From Candidatus Cloacimonadota bacterium (lineage in GTDB: Bacteria > Cloacimonadota > Cloacimonadia > Cloacimonadales > WRIO01), in assembly GCA_029564175.1 (NCBI GenBank), contig JAKQQL010000224.1:1-26504 (forward strand): a stretch of 26,504 bases of DNA. The letters run 5' to 3'. Both the position numbers and the translations under genes were made by a program. The notes below the pieces were generated by a model. The model was not told the DNA's origin, did no database searches, and saw nothing but the letters and a program-made list of their open reading frames with translations. This document shows positions 1-10,524 of the stretch, piece after piece; positions within the stretch are counted from its first letter, which is position 1, and each line of letters begins with the position of its first letter.

Positions 1-1
1 T

Positions 2-376
2 CTATCTGACTATTTGAGATACAAACTGGATTATCACATACCATGTAATTATAAGCATCTATTACATCAGATTGAAGATTTAGCTGCAAAATTAAATGAA
101 GATGATGATATCAAATTTTCTGTAGATATTGCCAGATGTAGAATTCTCTCTCTGTCTCATCCGGAAAAAGCTGTGATAGAATTTGAAAAACTACTCAATA
201 ATCATACAATAGACCAAAACAGAGGATTGATTTTTTACCATATCTGGAGAATCACTCAAGACCCAAATTACCATCAAAAAGCGTTAGAAATGTATAAACA
301 ACTAAACCAGAATAAACATGAATATTCTTACAGGAAAAAAATTAAAGAGCTTGAAGCAAATAAACCTAAGTTTTAG
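2..376 (+). CDS. C-terminal part of a helical, TPR-like protein, truncated by the window edge
   Basis: The frame is open from position 2 (cta tct gac tat ttg...), so the TTG at 14 is probably internal. Helical-repeat-like segments PEKAVIEFEKLL and YHQKALEMYKQL; stop TAG at 374-376. Confidence 0.6.
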   Translation, partial: LSDYLRYKLDYHIPCNYKHLLHQIEDLAAKLNEDDDIKFSVDIARCRILSLSHPEKAVIEFEKLLNNHTIDQNRGLIFYHIWRITQDPNYHQKALEMYKQLNQNKHEYSYRKKIKELEANKPKF

Positions 377-432
377 TCAGTCTAATTAAAAAAAGATAAG
401 ACAGACCAGCAAAAGGATTTGCCCTGTATATA

Positions 433-2142
433 TCAGCTTTCGTATAAGAATCGTTTAATTTTCATTGTAGGGGTCTTTTCAAAAGGCTCCTTTTGCTCTA
501 TAAACCGCACAATTCTGCTATAGGCTGACAAACTCTCATTTGTTTGCTGTCTGATTTGTTCGAGAATCTTATCAATCTGTTTTTGAGCTGTTTTTGACGA
601 GACCTTATCTACCCCGATTTCTTTATCAATAATTTCATAATTCAGGAACACACGTGCTTGTATCTTCTCATTGGCATAGAATACCATAGACTCTAAAACC
701 AGTTCATTTTGATTGATGATTGATTCTACTTCTTCCGGATAATTGTTCTCTCCGCTAGGTCCGATAATGACATTTTTTAAACGTCCCTTTATATAGAGAT
801 AATTATCTTTCTTTAAAACACCCAAATCACCTGTTTTGAAAAAACCATCTTCAGTAAATGCTTCCTTAGTTCGTTCAGGATCATTATAATAGCCTCTCAT
901 CACGGTGTCACCACGTACCTGAATCTCTCCCTCACCGGTTAAAGGATTGGAATCTGCTATTCTGACATCAATGCCCGGAATGGTAATTCCAGTAGAACGG
1001 AATTTCATCTTAACTGGCGTTTGACCAGCGATTAATGGAGATGTTTCTGTAAGACCGTAACCAATTGCATAGGGAAATCCGGCTTCCCATAAAAATCTCT
1101 CAACTTCGTAGGAAAGTTTTGCCCCGCCAATACCAAAAAAATGAACTTTCCCGCCAAATAAAGCGAGTAACTTTTTTCCTGCAATTTTATGCAGTAGTTT
1201 TCTGGTATTAGGTATCTTGTACAATAATCTGAATAATTTATTCTTGTTTAGCTGTGGATAAATCTGTACTTTAAAAATCTTTTCGATAATCAGAGGAACT
1301 GTCAGTATCATAGTTGGCTTTAATTTCTGGCATGCCGGAATCAGTATAGAAGCAGTAGGCGGTCTGTCCAGATAATAGACACAAGAACCTGACATCATCG
1401 GTATGATCAGGCCTATGGTGCATTCATAGGTATGCGCTAATGGTAAAATCGATATCAAGCGGTCATTTTCATCTACTTTCTGGATGCCTTTTTTTGTAGT
1501 ATATGCATTATACACCAGATTTTTATGTGTCAGCATCACGCCTTTTGACTGGCCTGTTGTACCAGAAGTATATATGATCGCTGCAAGGTCATCTTCATTT
1601 ACCTGATGTCTTTTTAGTCCAATCGCTTTTAACGCCTTATTTTTCATCTTGGTCAGTTGAGCTGATTTTTCACTCAGAAATTCGCTCAGTTTATCTTTTG
1701 GCATATAGTGGGGAATTACTTCAAAGTTTTCTATCATCACTAATGGAATTTGAGTTCCAGTATAATCCACATTGATTTTGTCATAAAGATTATTGGATAC
1801 AAAAATCAGTTTTGTCCCTGAATGCTTGATAATATGCATGATTTCATTACTGTGAAAATCCTTTAGAATCGGAACGGCAATCGCTCCCATGAAAGTAATG
1901 GCAAGATATGCTATTCCCCATTGAGGCATATTTTCACTGAGAATGGCGACTTTATCGCCAGATTCTACACCTTGTTCCTCAAGAAAATCTACAATTTCAT
2001 ATATCTTCTGATTAACCTGATGATAGGTTAAAGGATTTCCATTAACCATTGACAGGCAATTTCGCTTCCCAAATTGATTTACCGTATTTTTAAACATTTC
2101 AGGCAATGTAAAATGATTAAGTGTTTCCAATATATCCTCCAT
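433..2142 (-). CDS. Long-chain fatty acid--CoA ligase (AMP-binding/ANL family)
   Basis: P-loop IIYTSGTTGQSKG, GYGLTET, FKTGDLG, GRLKNVI and C-terminal KTPTMKIKR. A possible alternative start is TTG at 2130, preceded by GGAGG. Confidence 0.93.
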   Translation of the reverse strand: MEDILETLNHFTLPEMFKNTVNQFGKRNCLSMVNGNPLTYHQVNQKIYEIVDFLEEQGVESGDKVAILSENMPQWGIAYLAITFMGAIAVPILKDFHSNEIMHIIKHSGTKLIFVSNNLYDKINVDYTGTQIPLVMIENFEVIPHYMPKDKLSEFLSEKSAQLTKMKNKALKAIGLKRHQVNEDDLAAIIYTSGTTGQSKGVMLTHKNLVYNAYTTKKGIQKVDENDRLISILPLAHTYECTIGLIIPMMSGSCVYYLDRPPTASILIPACQKLKPTMILTVPLIIEKIFKVQIYPQLNKNKLFRLLYKIPNTRKLLHKIAGKKLLALFGGKVHFFGIGGAKLSYEVERFLWEAGFPYAIGYGLTETSPLIAGQTPVKMKFRSTGITIPGIDVRIADSNPLTGEGEIQVRGDTVMRGYYNDPERTKEAFTEDGFFKTGDLGVLKKDNYLYIKGRLKNVIIGPSGENNYPEEVESIINQNELVLESMVFYANEKIQARVFLNYEIIDKEIGVDKVSSKTAQKQIDKILEQIRQQTNESLSAYSRIVRFIEQKEPFEKTPTMKIKRFLYES

Positions 2143-2148
2143 GTTTGA

Positions 2149-2177
2149 ATAATATTATGAACAGACGTTTTAGTCAA
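2149..2177 (-). promoter_or_regulatory. Sigma70-type promoter of the acyl-CoA ligase gene
   Basis: Minus-strand TTGACT (2177-2172), 17-nt spacer, TATTAT (2154-2149); the ATG lies 6 nt further downstream. Confidence 0.65.
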
Positions 2178-2261
2178 GCTATTTTTTAATCTTTATGAAT
2201 CAGATTCAATTCTTTTAAACTCACATAAATGTCCGCATAGATAAAATCGCTATAAACATGA

Positions 2262-5200
2262 TTATAATTCAGTGTATAGCACTTTCATTTCCTCAATAAC
2301 AGTAGCGATTTCGTAATCTAGTTTATTAATCATTTCTTGGTGAACTTCTTTTGAAAAATCACCAGTCTTTTTTTTATCAATCTCCTGAAGTAATTCAGCC
2401 AGAATTGGACAATTTAGTGAACGGGCAGATCCTTTCATTTTATGAATCAGAGAAAAGTATTCTATTAATGCATCATCTGCTAATGCTTTTTTAATCAGAA
2501 TAAGTTCATCTGGCAGCTGATTAAGGGCGATCTCAATCAATTCTTTAAAAGTCAGCATATCACCATCCAATATGTCTTTTAAAGCGATTGAATCAAAATG
2601 GACAGGTGTTTTCGTCTCATTTGTTTGATGATCTGATGTTATTACAGACGCATTAAAATACTGGTTAAGCGTATTTATCAAAACATGAGGTACAATTGGT
2701 TTGCTGATATAGTCATTCATACCCGCTTGAAGGCATTTTTCTTTTTCTCCTTTTATTGCCCCTGCAGTCAAGGCAATAATAACCGATTCTTTTCCTGTCT
2801 CTTTTTCATATTCTCTAATCATTTTACTGGCAGTATATCCGTCGGCTTTGGGCATTTGAATATCCATAAAGATAAGATCAGGATTAAACTTTTTATACAA
2901 TTCGATGGCTACCAGACCATTTTCTGCTACTTCAATGACTGCATGAGGGAAAATTCTGACAATCAGCGCTTTGATTAGTTTAACATTAATCTCAACATCT
3001 TCAGCAATCAATATTCTCACATTTTCATGATAAACATTTAGTTCGGTAATCGTTTCTGAACGGAGCTGTTTATTATCTGGTAAAAAGCCATGATGAGCGA
3101 TCGCATACAACGTTTCATACAAGTCCTGACATTTAACAGGTTTATGAATAAAGTTGATTGGCAGAGAATTTGAAATTTTTAACTGACTGATTTCATCATT
3201 TGATGTGATCAAAAGTAAAATTACGGGCTGATGATTTTGGTAAATCTGATTGATTTTTTCAATTAGATTAAACTTTTTAACATAATGAAGATCAGGATTA
3301 ATAATGAATAAATCAATTTTTATAAAGTGATCTACCTCAGGATTTGCCTGATGAGTAATAAAGCTGATACAATCTGTTTCTGTAGTGAAAGTAAATGTTT
3401 TAATGTGCCATTCCTCAAGTCTATTCTTAATAATTTGATTACTTTTTTCAGAAGAATCCAGAACAAGTACATTTTTAAACATTGAAATCTGTTCAGGCAG
3501 ATAGAGATGAGCATGCTCGAATTCCTTTTCTATCGTAAAATAGAATCTGCTCCCATAATCTGGAGTACTTTCTAACAGGATTCTACTACCCATTTTCTCT
3601 GCCAAAAGACCTGAAATAGCTAAACCTAAACCACTGCCTCCAAACCGGCGGGTTGTAGAAGCATCTGCCTGAGAAAATGCCTTAAACAACTTCTTTTGTT
3701 GTTCTTCACTGATTCCAATTCCAGTATCTCTAACAGAAAAAGTGAAATATCCCTGTTTGTTTTCAACTCCCTGATGAAACTCAACAGATAACTCCACTTC
3801 CCCTTGACTGGTAAATTTTCCGGCATTACTAATCAGATTGATTAGAATTTGTTTGATTCTTAAGCCATCTGCAATCATATATCTGGGGACATTGGGATGA
3901 ATATTAAGAATAAAATCCAGCTTTTTTTTGAAAATATTGTGTTTCAATATATCAACAATATTATAAACCAAATCATATAGATCTGTTTTAATTTCTTCAA
4001 TTTCTAGTTTTCCAGCTTCAATTTTTGAGAAATCAAGAATATCATTAATAATTTCTAAAAGTGAATGAGCAGACAGACTGGCATTTTTTAGATATTCTTT
4101 TTGCACATGACTTAACTTAGTATCCTGTAACAAATCAGTAAAACCGATGATACCATTAAGAGGGGTTCTGATTTCATGACTCATATTTGCGAGAAATTCA
4201 GATTTTGCTTTATTTGCTTTTTCAGCTTCGATTTTTGCATTTCTAAGTGAAGTGATATCCATTCCGTATTCAACAACGGCAATAACCTGATTATTACTGT
4301 CAAATATCGGAGATATAAAGATTTGAAGGGCAACCCCTGTTGCCTTTTCTCTTGGATCATCAGGATGAGTTGTTTCAATAAAAGACTGTCCTGTCTTAAA
4401 AACATCGTTTACCTTGCACCAGGGACAAGGCTTATCTCTATTCATAAATACCTGATGGCATTTCTTCCCAATAAGTTCTGAGGGGTTTTTATATTGAGTT
4501 AGCTTTAATCTAAATTCAGCATTATTAAGAGCAATAATATTACAATCTTTATCAATGACATTCAGTGTACCTGGCAAGGTATCAACAATAGACTGTAACA
4601 GTCGTTTACTGTCTTTTATTTTATTTTCAGCCTGTTTCAGATCACTGATATCAGTAAAAGTAGTAAATACCTGATATGGTTTTGAGCTCTCATCTCTAAA
4701 CTGTGGAATGGCATTGACCAGTAACCAGCTAAAAGAATCTTTTCGGGGATTATAAACACCCATGCCGACATTGTAACAGGGACTTCCACTTTTTAATGCC
4801 ATCATTGAAGGATGAGACAATCCATCAAAGTCAATTCCATCCTCTCTGATTGCACGCCAGCGGGGATCAATAGAGGTTCTGCCCATAATTTCATTTTCAG
4901 TTAGCCCCAGTATTTGCATTGCAGCAGGATTTGCAGAAATTATCTTTCCTTCCTGATCCTGATATACAACACCCTGACCCATCATTTCATACAGAGTACG
5001 GTATTTTTCTTCATTGCGAGCCAGCTCAATTTCAAAATATTTCTGTTCACTAATATCTTTGATAATACCAATAAAACTGGAAGCTTGCTTTTTGCTGTCA
5101 TATAGTATTGAAACGGTTAGATTTATCCATATCATTCTGCCATTCTTTTGGATGTATCTTTTTTCTATTGAGTAACTTGACAACTCATGATTAAGCAATT

Positions 5201-7124
5201 GATTCACATAATCCATATCCTTCTGAATATCTTCAGGATGTGTAATGCTAATCCAGTCAAGACTTAATAGTTCTTCTTTAGAATAGCCCAACAATTGGCA
5301 CAAATGATCATTTATACTTAAAAATCGACCATTTAAATCGGAGTAGCAAATACCAACAGCGGATTGCTCAAAAATACTTCTGAAACGTTCTTCGCTTGAT
5401 TTGAGAGCAGAAAGCGATTCTAAACGTTCTGTAATATCTCTTGCTAAACTGAGAATAGCGTCAGAATTATTATATTTGATCAATCTGGCATGGACTTCTA
5501 CAGGCACAGTTAATCCATTTTTTTTACGATGAGTACCTTCAAACAAAATTTCCTTCTGTTTCCGGAGTTGATTAACAGCCTCTTGAAAAAATTGACTATC
5601 CGTATAAGCATCCAATTGATTCACATACATTTCAGAAAATTCTTCCTTACTGTAGCCCAAAACTTCACAGGCACTGTTGTTCACCTCTAATACTTTTCCT
5701 TTCAAATCCAGAATATAAACAGGATCAATGATGATATCAAATAAGTATTTTAATCTTGATTCACTTTCTGAAAGACGAGAGTTACTTAGTTTTCTTTCGA
5801 TTGTCTTAGATGTAATTCTTGCAACTGTTTCAACCAGTCCATTTTCTTCTTTCAAAAAGGGGTGCTTATCAATAGAATCTTGTTCAATTGTATAATTGAC
5901 ACAGATTTCTCCAATTTTGTGATGATTTATCAGCATGTCATGTTTTATTTGCCAGGGACTATGATAGTAATTCTCCGATTTATAACTTTGAAAACCCCAT
6001 GATATTTTTGCACTGGCATACTCAGGAAACATCATCGCTTCCGGCAGAGTATCAGCTATCGCCTGCAGGATACTTTCAATCGTCAGAGAAGAATCTTCAA
6101 TAATTTGTGAGATTTTAAACAGTGTATGTAACTCCTGTAATCTTTTATTCAGAACAGACTGATCTTTTTTTCTCTCACTGATATCAATAACCACGCCAGT
6201 CAGCATAAGAGGAGAATTGTCTTCAGCCCTCTCTGAAACAACTCCAATATCCTGAAACCATTTATAGGAACCATCAATCGCTTTGATTCTGTAATCAACC
6301 TGATAAATTTGTGTTTTTCCATAAAGATAGTCTCTCATGACCTGCATCATGTTTTCATAATCTTCAGGATGTACCAGATTTGTAAAGTGAGTGTAATGAG
6401 AAAAGTCTTTTGCCTGATAACCGAGTATATTTGTTTTTTGCTCATTAAAGATCACTTCCCCAGTTTTAGCATTCATTTGCCACCAGGCGATATTGCCAGC
6501 CATCATAGAAGCATCCAGCCGGTTTTTATAATTGAGTAAACTGACATTACTAATCTGTAAATCTGTATTCAGTTTTTCATTGGTCTCTTCAGCCTCTTTT
6601 TCTTTGCTCAAATCAATGACAGCTGTTCTGATTAGTTTCTGATTATCATCAAACCAAATATTACTCTCCAGTTTTACATAGATAGTCTTATTTTGAACGA
6701 CAAACTCTAAATGACAGCTCTGAGCATTTTCTGTCTTTAGTAAATTTCTTACATGAAAATGAAACTCATCCTGGCTATCTGGATGGATATAGTGTGTGAT
6801 ATTGAGATTTTTGTCTAGTACAGTGGAAACATGAAACAATCTACAAAACGCTTTATTTGCTGAAATAATATCTAAATCCGTATTATAAATTACATAACCA
6901 ATAGGTGCTTCCTCGAAAAGCCTGAGAAAATGAGTTTTTGATGTTTCAAGATCAATGCTGATCCGTTTAAGCTCATCATTCTGAAACTCCAGCTCCTGAT
7001 AGTAAATATTCAGTTCTTCCAGTAATTCTTCAATACTTTTTCCATTTAAATCATTGGATTTATATTTATTCTTCAGAGTATTCTCAATTTGTTTCTTGAC
7101 TTCATCCATATTATCTTTTTTCAT
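2262..7124 (-). CDS. Cytoplasmic multi-PAS hybrid sensor histidine kinase (about 6 PAS plus a GAF-like segment, HisKA, HATPase, degenerate REC, REC, HPt)
   Basis: H-box FLANMSHEIRTPLNGI; N-box LINLISNAGKFT; G-boxes DTGIGI and GGSGLGL; intact REC (AED...FMDIQMP...SKP); HPt IHKMKGSA; PAS/PAC motifs HPED and DISERK; no transmembrane segment. Shine-Dalgarno (SD) AGGAG lies inside the end of the upstream gene. Confidence 0.95.
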   Translation of the reverse strand: MKKDNMDEVKKQIENTLKNKYKSNDLNGKSIEELLEELNIYYQELEFQNDELKRISIDLETSKTHFLRLFEEAPIGYVIYNTDLDIISANKAFCRLFHVSTVLDKNLNITHYIHPDSQDEFHFHVRNLLKTENAQSCHLEFVVQNKTIYVKLESNIWFDDNQKLIRTAVIDLSKEKEAEETNEKLNTDLQISNVSLLNYKNRLDASMMAGNIAWWQMNAKTGEVIFNEQKTNILGYQAKDFSHYTHFTNLVHPEDYENMMQVMRDYLYGKTQIYQVDYRIKAIDGSYKWFQDIGVVSERAEDNSPLMLTGVVIDISERKKDQSVLNKRLQELHTLFKISQIIEDSSLTIESILQAIADTLPEAMMFPEYASAKISWGFQSYKSENYYHSPWQIKHDMLINHHKIGEICVNYTIEQDSIDKHPFLKEENGLVETVARITSKTIERKLSNSRLSESESRLKYLFDIIIDPVYILDLKGKVLEVNNSACEVLGYSKEEFSEMYVNQLDAYTDSQFFQEAVNQLRKQKEILFEGTHRKKNGLTVPVEVHARLIKYNNSDAILSLARDITERLESLSALKSSEERFRSIFEQSAVGICYSDLNGRFLSINDHLCQLLGYSKEELLSLDWISITHPEDIQKDMDYVNQLLNHELSSYSIEKRYIQKNGRMIWINLTVSILYDSKKQASSFIGIIKDISEQKYFEIELARNEEKYRTLYEMMGQGVVYQDQEGKIISANPAAMQILGLTENEIMGRTSIDPRWRAIREDGIDFDGLSHPSMMALKSGSPCYNVGMGVYNPRKDSFSWLLVNAIPQFRDESSKPYQVFTTFTDISDLKQAENKIKDSKRLLQSIVDTLPGTLNVIDKDCNIIALNNAEFRLKLTQYKNPSELIGKKCHQVFMNRDKPCPWCKVNDVFKTGQSFIETTHPDDPREKATGVALQIFISPIFDSNNQVIAVVEYGMDITSLRNAKIEAEKANKAKSEFLANMSHEIRTPLNGIIGFTDLLQDTKLSHVQKEYLKNASLSAHSLLEIINDILDFSKIEAGKLEIEEIKTDLYDLVYNIVDILKHNIFKKKLDFILNIHPNVPRYMIADGLRIKQILINLISNAGKFTSQGEVELSVEFHQGVENKQGYFTFSVRDTGIGISEEQQKKLFKAFSQADASTTRRFGGSGLGLAISGLLAEKMGSRILLESTPDYGSRFYFTIEKEFEHAHLYLPEQISMFKNVLVLDSSEKSNQIIKNRLEEWHIKTFTFTTETDCISFITHQANPEVDHFIKIDLFIINPDLHYVKKFNLIEKINQIYQNHQPVILLLITSNDEISQLKISNSLPINFIHKPVKCQDLYETLYAIAHHGFLPDNKQLRSETITELNVYHENVRILIAEDVEINVKLIKALIVRIFPHAVIEVAENGLVAIELYKKFNPDLIFMDIQMPKADGYTASKMIREYEKETGKESVIIALTAGAIKGEKEKCLQAGMNDYISKPIVPHVLINTLNQYFNASVITSDHQTNETKTPVHFDSIALKDILDGDMLTFKELIEIALNQLPDELILIKKALADDALIEYFSLIHKMKGSARSLNCPILAELLQEIDKKKTGDFSKEVHQEMINKLDYEIATVIEEMKVLYTEL

Positions 7125-10100
7125 AAATCTCTCCTAATGTAAAAACAGCTCCATCAAACTGATGATTAATATCCAGAACAGGAGTACCATTGATTGATAA
7201 AGTTTTCGTTTCACCTGAAGATGTTACAATCGTATGTAAATAATTTGTAAGTGGTTCTAAAGTCTTTTTAATGATTGAAAAAGGAAGTGCTTCATCTGGA
7301 ACAGGGTTTCCATTTATATCTTTTATCTGCCAGGAATCTGCATTGTAAGTCAATTGATTAATTTCATCTATTTTAATATTAAGCAGCTCGCATGCTTTCT
7401 GATTAGCATAAATGATATCACCATTTCGATCAACCATTGTATTCGCAATCGGGTTAATATCCAGAATTTTAAAAATCATCTCATTCTTATCATTTAACTG
7501 CTGTTCAAGTGACTTCAGATCAGAAATATCAATAACAGTTCCAGTCATTTTAAGTGCTTTATGATTGATATCTCTTTGTGTTATTGAGCCTTTATCATAA
7601 AACCATGAATAGGTATGATCTTTCTTTCTGATTCTATAAATACATTTCCACTCTGGAATCAGCCCTGATAATGAATCTTTCATGGATTGCATCGCATGCT
7701 CATAATCTTCAGGATGAATCAGGTTACAGATATCATATACATCATTTGGAAATTCATCTGGTTGATAACCCAGCATAAGTGCTTTCTGATCATCATAAAT
7801 TACTTGATTTGTAGTTAAATCCCATTCCCACCAGACCATTTTACCAATTTTTAATGCTTTATACAGTCTGTCATTCGCAAGATTTGCCCGTTTATGTTCC
7901 TGTTTTAATCCTGAAATTTCAATAAATGTAACTAATAGCCCTTCAACTGCATTAAAATCGGTTCGATATGGTCTGATTCTAATCAGCCAGCATATATTTT
8001 CATCAATGACAAGTTCTTTATCTACAGGTTGCAGATCGTCAGCAACCTTTAAAACTTCTTCAATCAGCGTATTTTCCTGATTTAAAATCGTAAGATGAGT
8101 TACAGGACGACCAATATCACTCGGCAGAATATTTGTTATTTTACTGACAAGCGGTGTTATTTTTCTGATACACAGGTTTCTATCCAAATATAAAGCGCCG
8201 ACTTCTGTGTTCTTTATCAGATTATTCATGTCGTTATTCAAGCGGGTAAGATCTTCTATTTTCTGCTGATACTCAGAATTGACAGTATAGAGTTCTTCAT
8301 TGACAGATTGCAGCTCCTCATTGGTACTTTGCAGTTCTTCATTTGAAGCAATCAGTTCTTCATTACTGGACTGTAATTCTTCATTAGAAGTCTCAAGTTC
8401 TTCAACTGTTGCCTGAAGATTTTCTCGTGTAAACTGCAATTCTTTTTCTAAATCGACGATTTTTAGCTGATAGTTATTATCAAAATGCATATCAACAATC
8501 TCTTCATTATGTATCTGCTTAGAATTTAACTCAGTCTCAAAAGACAAGAGATAATACAGGCTATTGTTGATATTCAGAGAAATGATTTTAATCATGATAT
8601 TTTTATTTTCTGTGAGTCTAACAGCCATTTGCGCTTCACTTTGTTTTTCTTCAGAGGCTGTTTTCAGTTTTCGAATCAATGTACTGATACAAATTGCTAT
8701 TTCAGAACTCACATTATGACTAATATTCTGTGAAAACCTGCCTGGTTGTATTTTTATAAAAGCGGAAACATCATTAATGCTGTGAATAATGTTTTCCTGA
8801 CTGTCTAAAATAACTGAAGGAGGTAGCACCCTCGATAAAAGAGAATCAAACAGTTTTTCAAACTTCACACCTTCAATTTGTTTGTATTGATGGAAATACA
8901 GTTTGTCTGTATCTGGTAGTTTTTGAGGGATAAAACTCAGTTCTTTCAGGATTGATGGCTTAAATCCATGCTTTTGCTGATATATCTTCCACTTAGTGTC
9001 AACACAGTTGAATGCCTCTGCCAGTTCACCAATAGTCTCACTGCTACCCATAAACAGATAGCCTTCAGTACTTAGACTATAATAAAACACGGAGAGTATT
9101 TTTTTCTGTATTTCAGGTTTTAAATAAATAAACAAATTACGACAAATGAGTAAATCTATTTTTGAAAATGGAGAGTCCTTCAGTAAATTATGAGTGGCAA
9201 AGACGATCATTTTTCTAATTTTATCTACAATCTGATAGGTATTTTCATATCGAATGAAATATTTTGCCAGCAATACCGGATCAACGTCAGCCATAACACT
9301 TTCAGGATAAACCCCTTTACTGGCAAATTCTACAGAATTACGGTCAACATCTGTTGCAAAAATCTTTACTTCTGTATCGATTTGATTTTTTTCCAAATGT
9401 TCGTTTAAAAGAATTGCCAGAGAATAGACTTCTTCACCGGTTGAACAACCAGCTGACCATATTCTCAGATGTTTTTTTAAAGCTAAATCTGGAATTACAT
9501 TTCGCTTAATACTTTCAAAAGCTTCATAGTCTCTGAAAAACCGAGTTACCCCAATCAACAGCTCCCTGTTAAGGATTTCTTTTTCTTTACTGGATTCTGT
9601 TAGAAATTTAAGATACTCTTCAATGGTATCAAACCTGTTGATACTAATTCTTCTTTCAAGCCTTCTGAGAATTGTGTTTTCTTTGTAATAAGAAAAGTCT
9701 ATGCCACTATATTCTCTAATCAAAATTACAATCTTACTCAACGTATCTATATTCTCACTCTTTAAACTTTCCTGAAGTTCATTCTTCTTAATCAAGGGAT
9801 GTTTAACAAAATTAATCAGAGCCTCAGGCATTTTATCCGGACTGATGATATAATCGACTAAACCTGTCGCAATAGAGTTTTTTGGCATACCATCAAATTT
9901 TGCAGAATTCTCATCCTGCACCATTATCATTCCACCAGCCTCTTTTATCGCTTTAGTTCCAAGTGTGCCATCACTACCTGTGCCAGAAAGTATAATTCCA
10001 ATAGCATGTTTGCCTTTTTCCTGGGCTAAAGAATGAAAAAAAATATCAACAGGCAGATTCAGGCCTTTTTTAAAATTTTGATCTTCAAGGTATAATTTAT

Positions 10101-10386
10101 TGTGAAACAATCTGATGTTCTTTCTGGGAGGTATCAGATAAATATTGTTTTTTTGAATTTTTAAACCATCGCTGGCTAAATGAATCGGGATATTAGTACA
10201 TCTGGCAAGTAACTCATTCATCAGGCTCTTGTAATCCGGTGAAAGATGCTGAATTACCACAAATGACAAATCAGTATTTTCCGGTGTATTTTTAAAGAAA
10301 TCCTGCAATGCCTCAAGACCTCCTGCAGATGCACCAATTCCTACTACGATTAGGTCTTTTTCGTTATGGTCTAAATGCTTTTTCAT
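7111..10386 (-). CDS. CheB methylesterase-CheR methyltransferase fusion with coiled coil and C-terminal PAS domains (no kinase domain)
   Basis: CheB triad motifs GASAGG, IQHL, GSDG; CheR motifs [30 protein letters not shown]; heptad run [39 protein letters not shown]; about three PAS domains; SD GAGG upstream. Confidence 0.95.
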   Translation of the reverse strand: MKKHLDHNEKDLIVVGIGASAGGLEALQDFFKNTPENTDLSFVVIQHLSPDYKSLMNELLARCTNIPIHLASDGLKIQKNNIYLIPPRKNIRLFHNKLYLEDQNFKKGLNLPVDIFFHSLAQEKGKHAIGIILSGTGSDGTLGTKAIKEAGGMIMVQDENSAKFDGMPKNSIATGLVDYIISPDKMPEALINFVKHPLIKKNELQESLKSENIDTLSKIVILIREYSGIDFSYYKENTILRRLERRISINRFDTIEEYLKFLTESSKEKEILNRELLIGVTRFFRDYEAFESIKRNVIPDLALKKHLRIWSAGCSTGEEVYSLAILLNEHLEKNQIDTEVKIFATDVDRNSVEFASKGVYPESVMADVDPVLLAKYFIRYENTYQIVDKIRKMIVFATHNLLKDSPFSKIDLLICRNLFIYLKPEIQKKILSVFYYSLSTEGYLFMGSSETIGELAEAFNCVDTKWKIYQQKHGFKPSILKELSFIPQKLPDTDKLYFHQYKQIEGVKFEKLFDSLLSRVLPPSVILDSQENIIHSINDVSAFIKIQPGRFSQNISHNVSSEIAICISTLIRKLKTASEEKQSEAQMAVRLTENKNIMIKIISLNINNSLYYLLSFETELNSKQIHNEEIVDMHFDNNYQLKIVDLEKELQFTRENLQATVEELETSNEELQSSNEELIASNEELQSTNEELQSVNEELYTVNSEYQQKIEDLTRLNNDMNNLIKNTEVGALYLDRNLCIRKITPLVSKITNILPSDIGRPVTHLTILNQENTLIEEVLKVADDLQPVDKELVIDENICWLIRIRPYRTDFNAVEGLLVTFIEISGLKQEHKRANLANDRLYKALKIGKMVWWEWDLTTNQVIYDDQKALMLGYQPDEFPNDVYDICNLIHPEDYEHAMQSMKDSLSGLIPEWKCIYRIRKKDHTYSWFYDKGSITQRDINHKALKMTGTVIDISDLKSLEQQLNDKNEMIFKILDINPIANTMVDRNGDIIYANQKACELLNIKIDEINQLTYNADSWQIKDINGNPVPDEALPFSIIKKTLEPLTNYLHTIVTSSGETKTLSINGTPVLDINHQFDGAVFTLGEIYEKR

Positions 10387-10411
10387 TTATCCTCTTTTTT
10401 ATATTGTTCGA

Positions 10412-10512
10412 ACCACTAAATACTCGAAAAAACACGAAAGTATATTAAGAATCTTTTGAATTTGATCATTCATAGCATTACCTCTTTTCGTGTATTTCGT
10501 GACTTTCGTGGT
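10412..10512. repeat. Intergenic imperfect inverted-repeat element built from three ~9-bp (x)CACGAAA units per arm
   Basis: Left arm ACCACTAAA-TACTCGAAA-AAACACGAAA (10412-10439). Right arm TTTCGTGTA-TTTCGTGAC-TTTCGTGGT (10486-10512), reverse complement ACCACGAAA-GTCACGAAA-TACACGAAA. AT-rich spacer of about 46 nt. Confidence 0.8.
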
Positions 10513-10524
10513 GCATAAGAGATT

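Noticed and set aside
8270..8420. 21-bp periodic DNA repeats
   Set aside because: Explained by the NEEL heptads of the CheB-CheR coiled coil.
2685..9408. Short ORFs (60-97 aa) inside the kinase and cheB-cheR genes
   Set aside because: Antisense or alternate-frame shadows of long, motif-rich genes, with no recognisable motifs.
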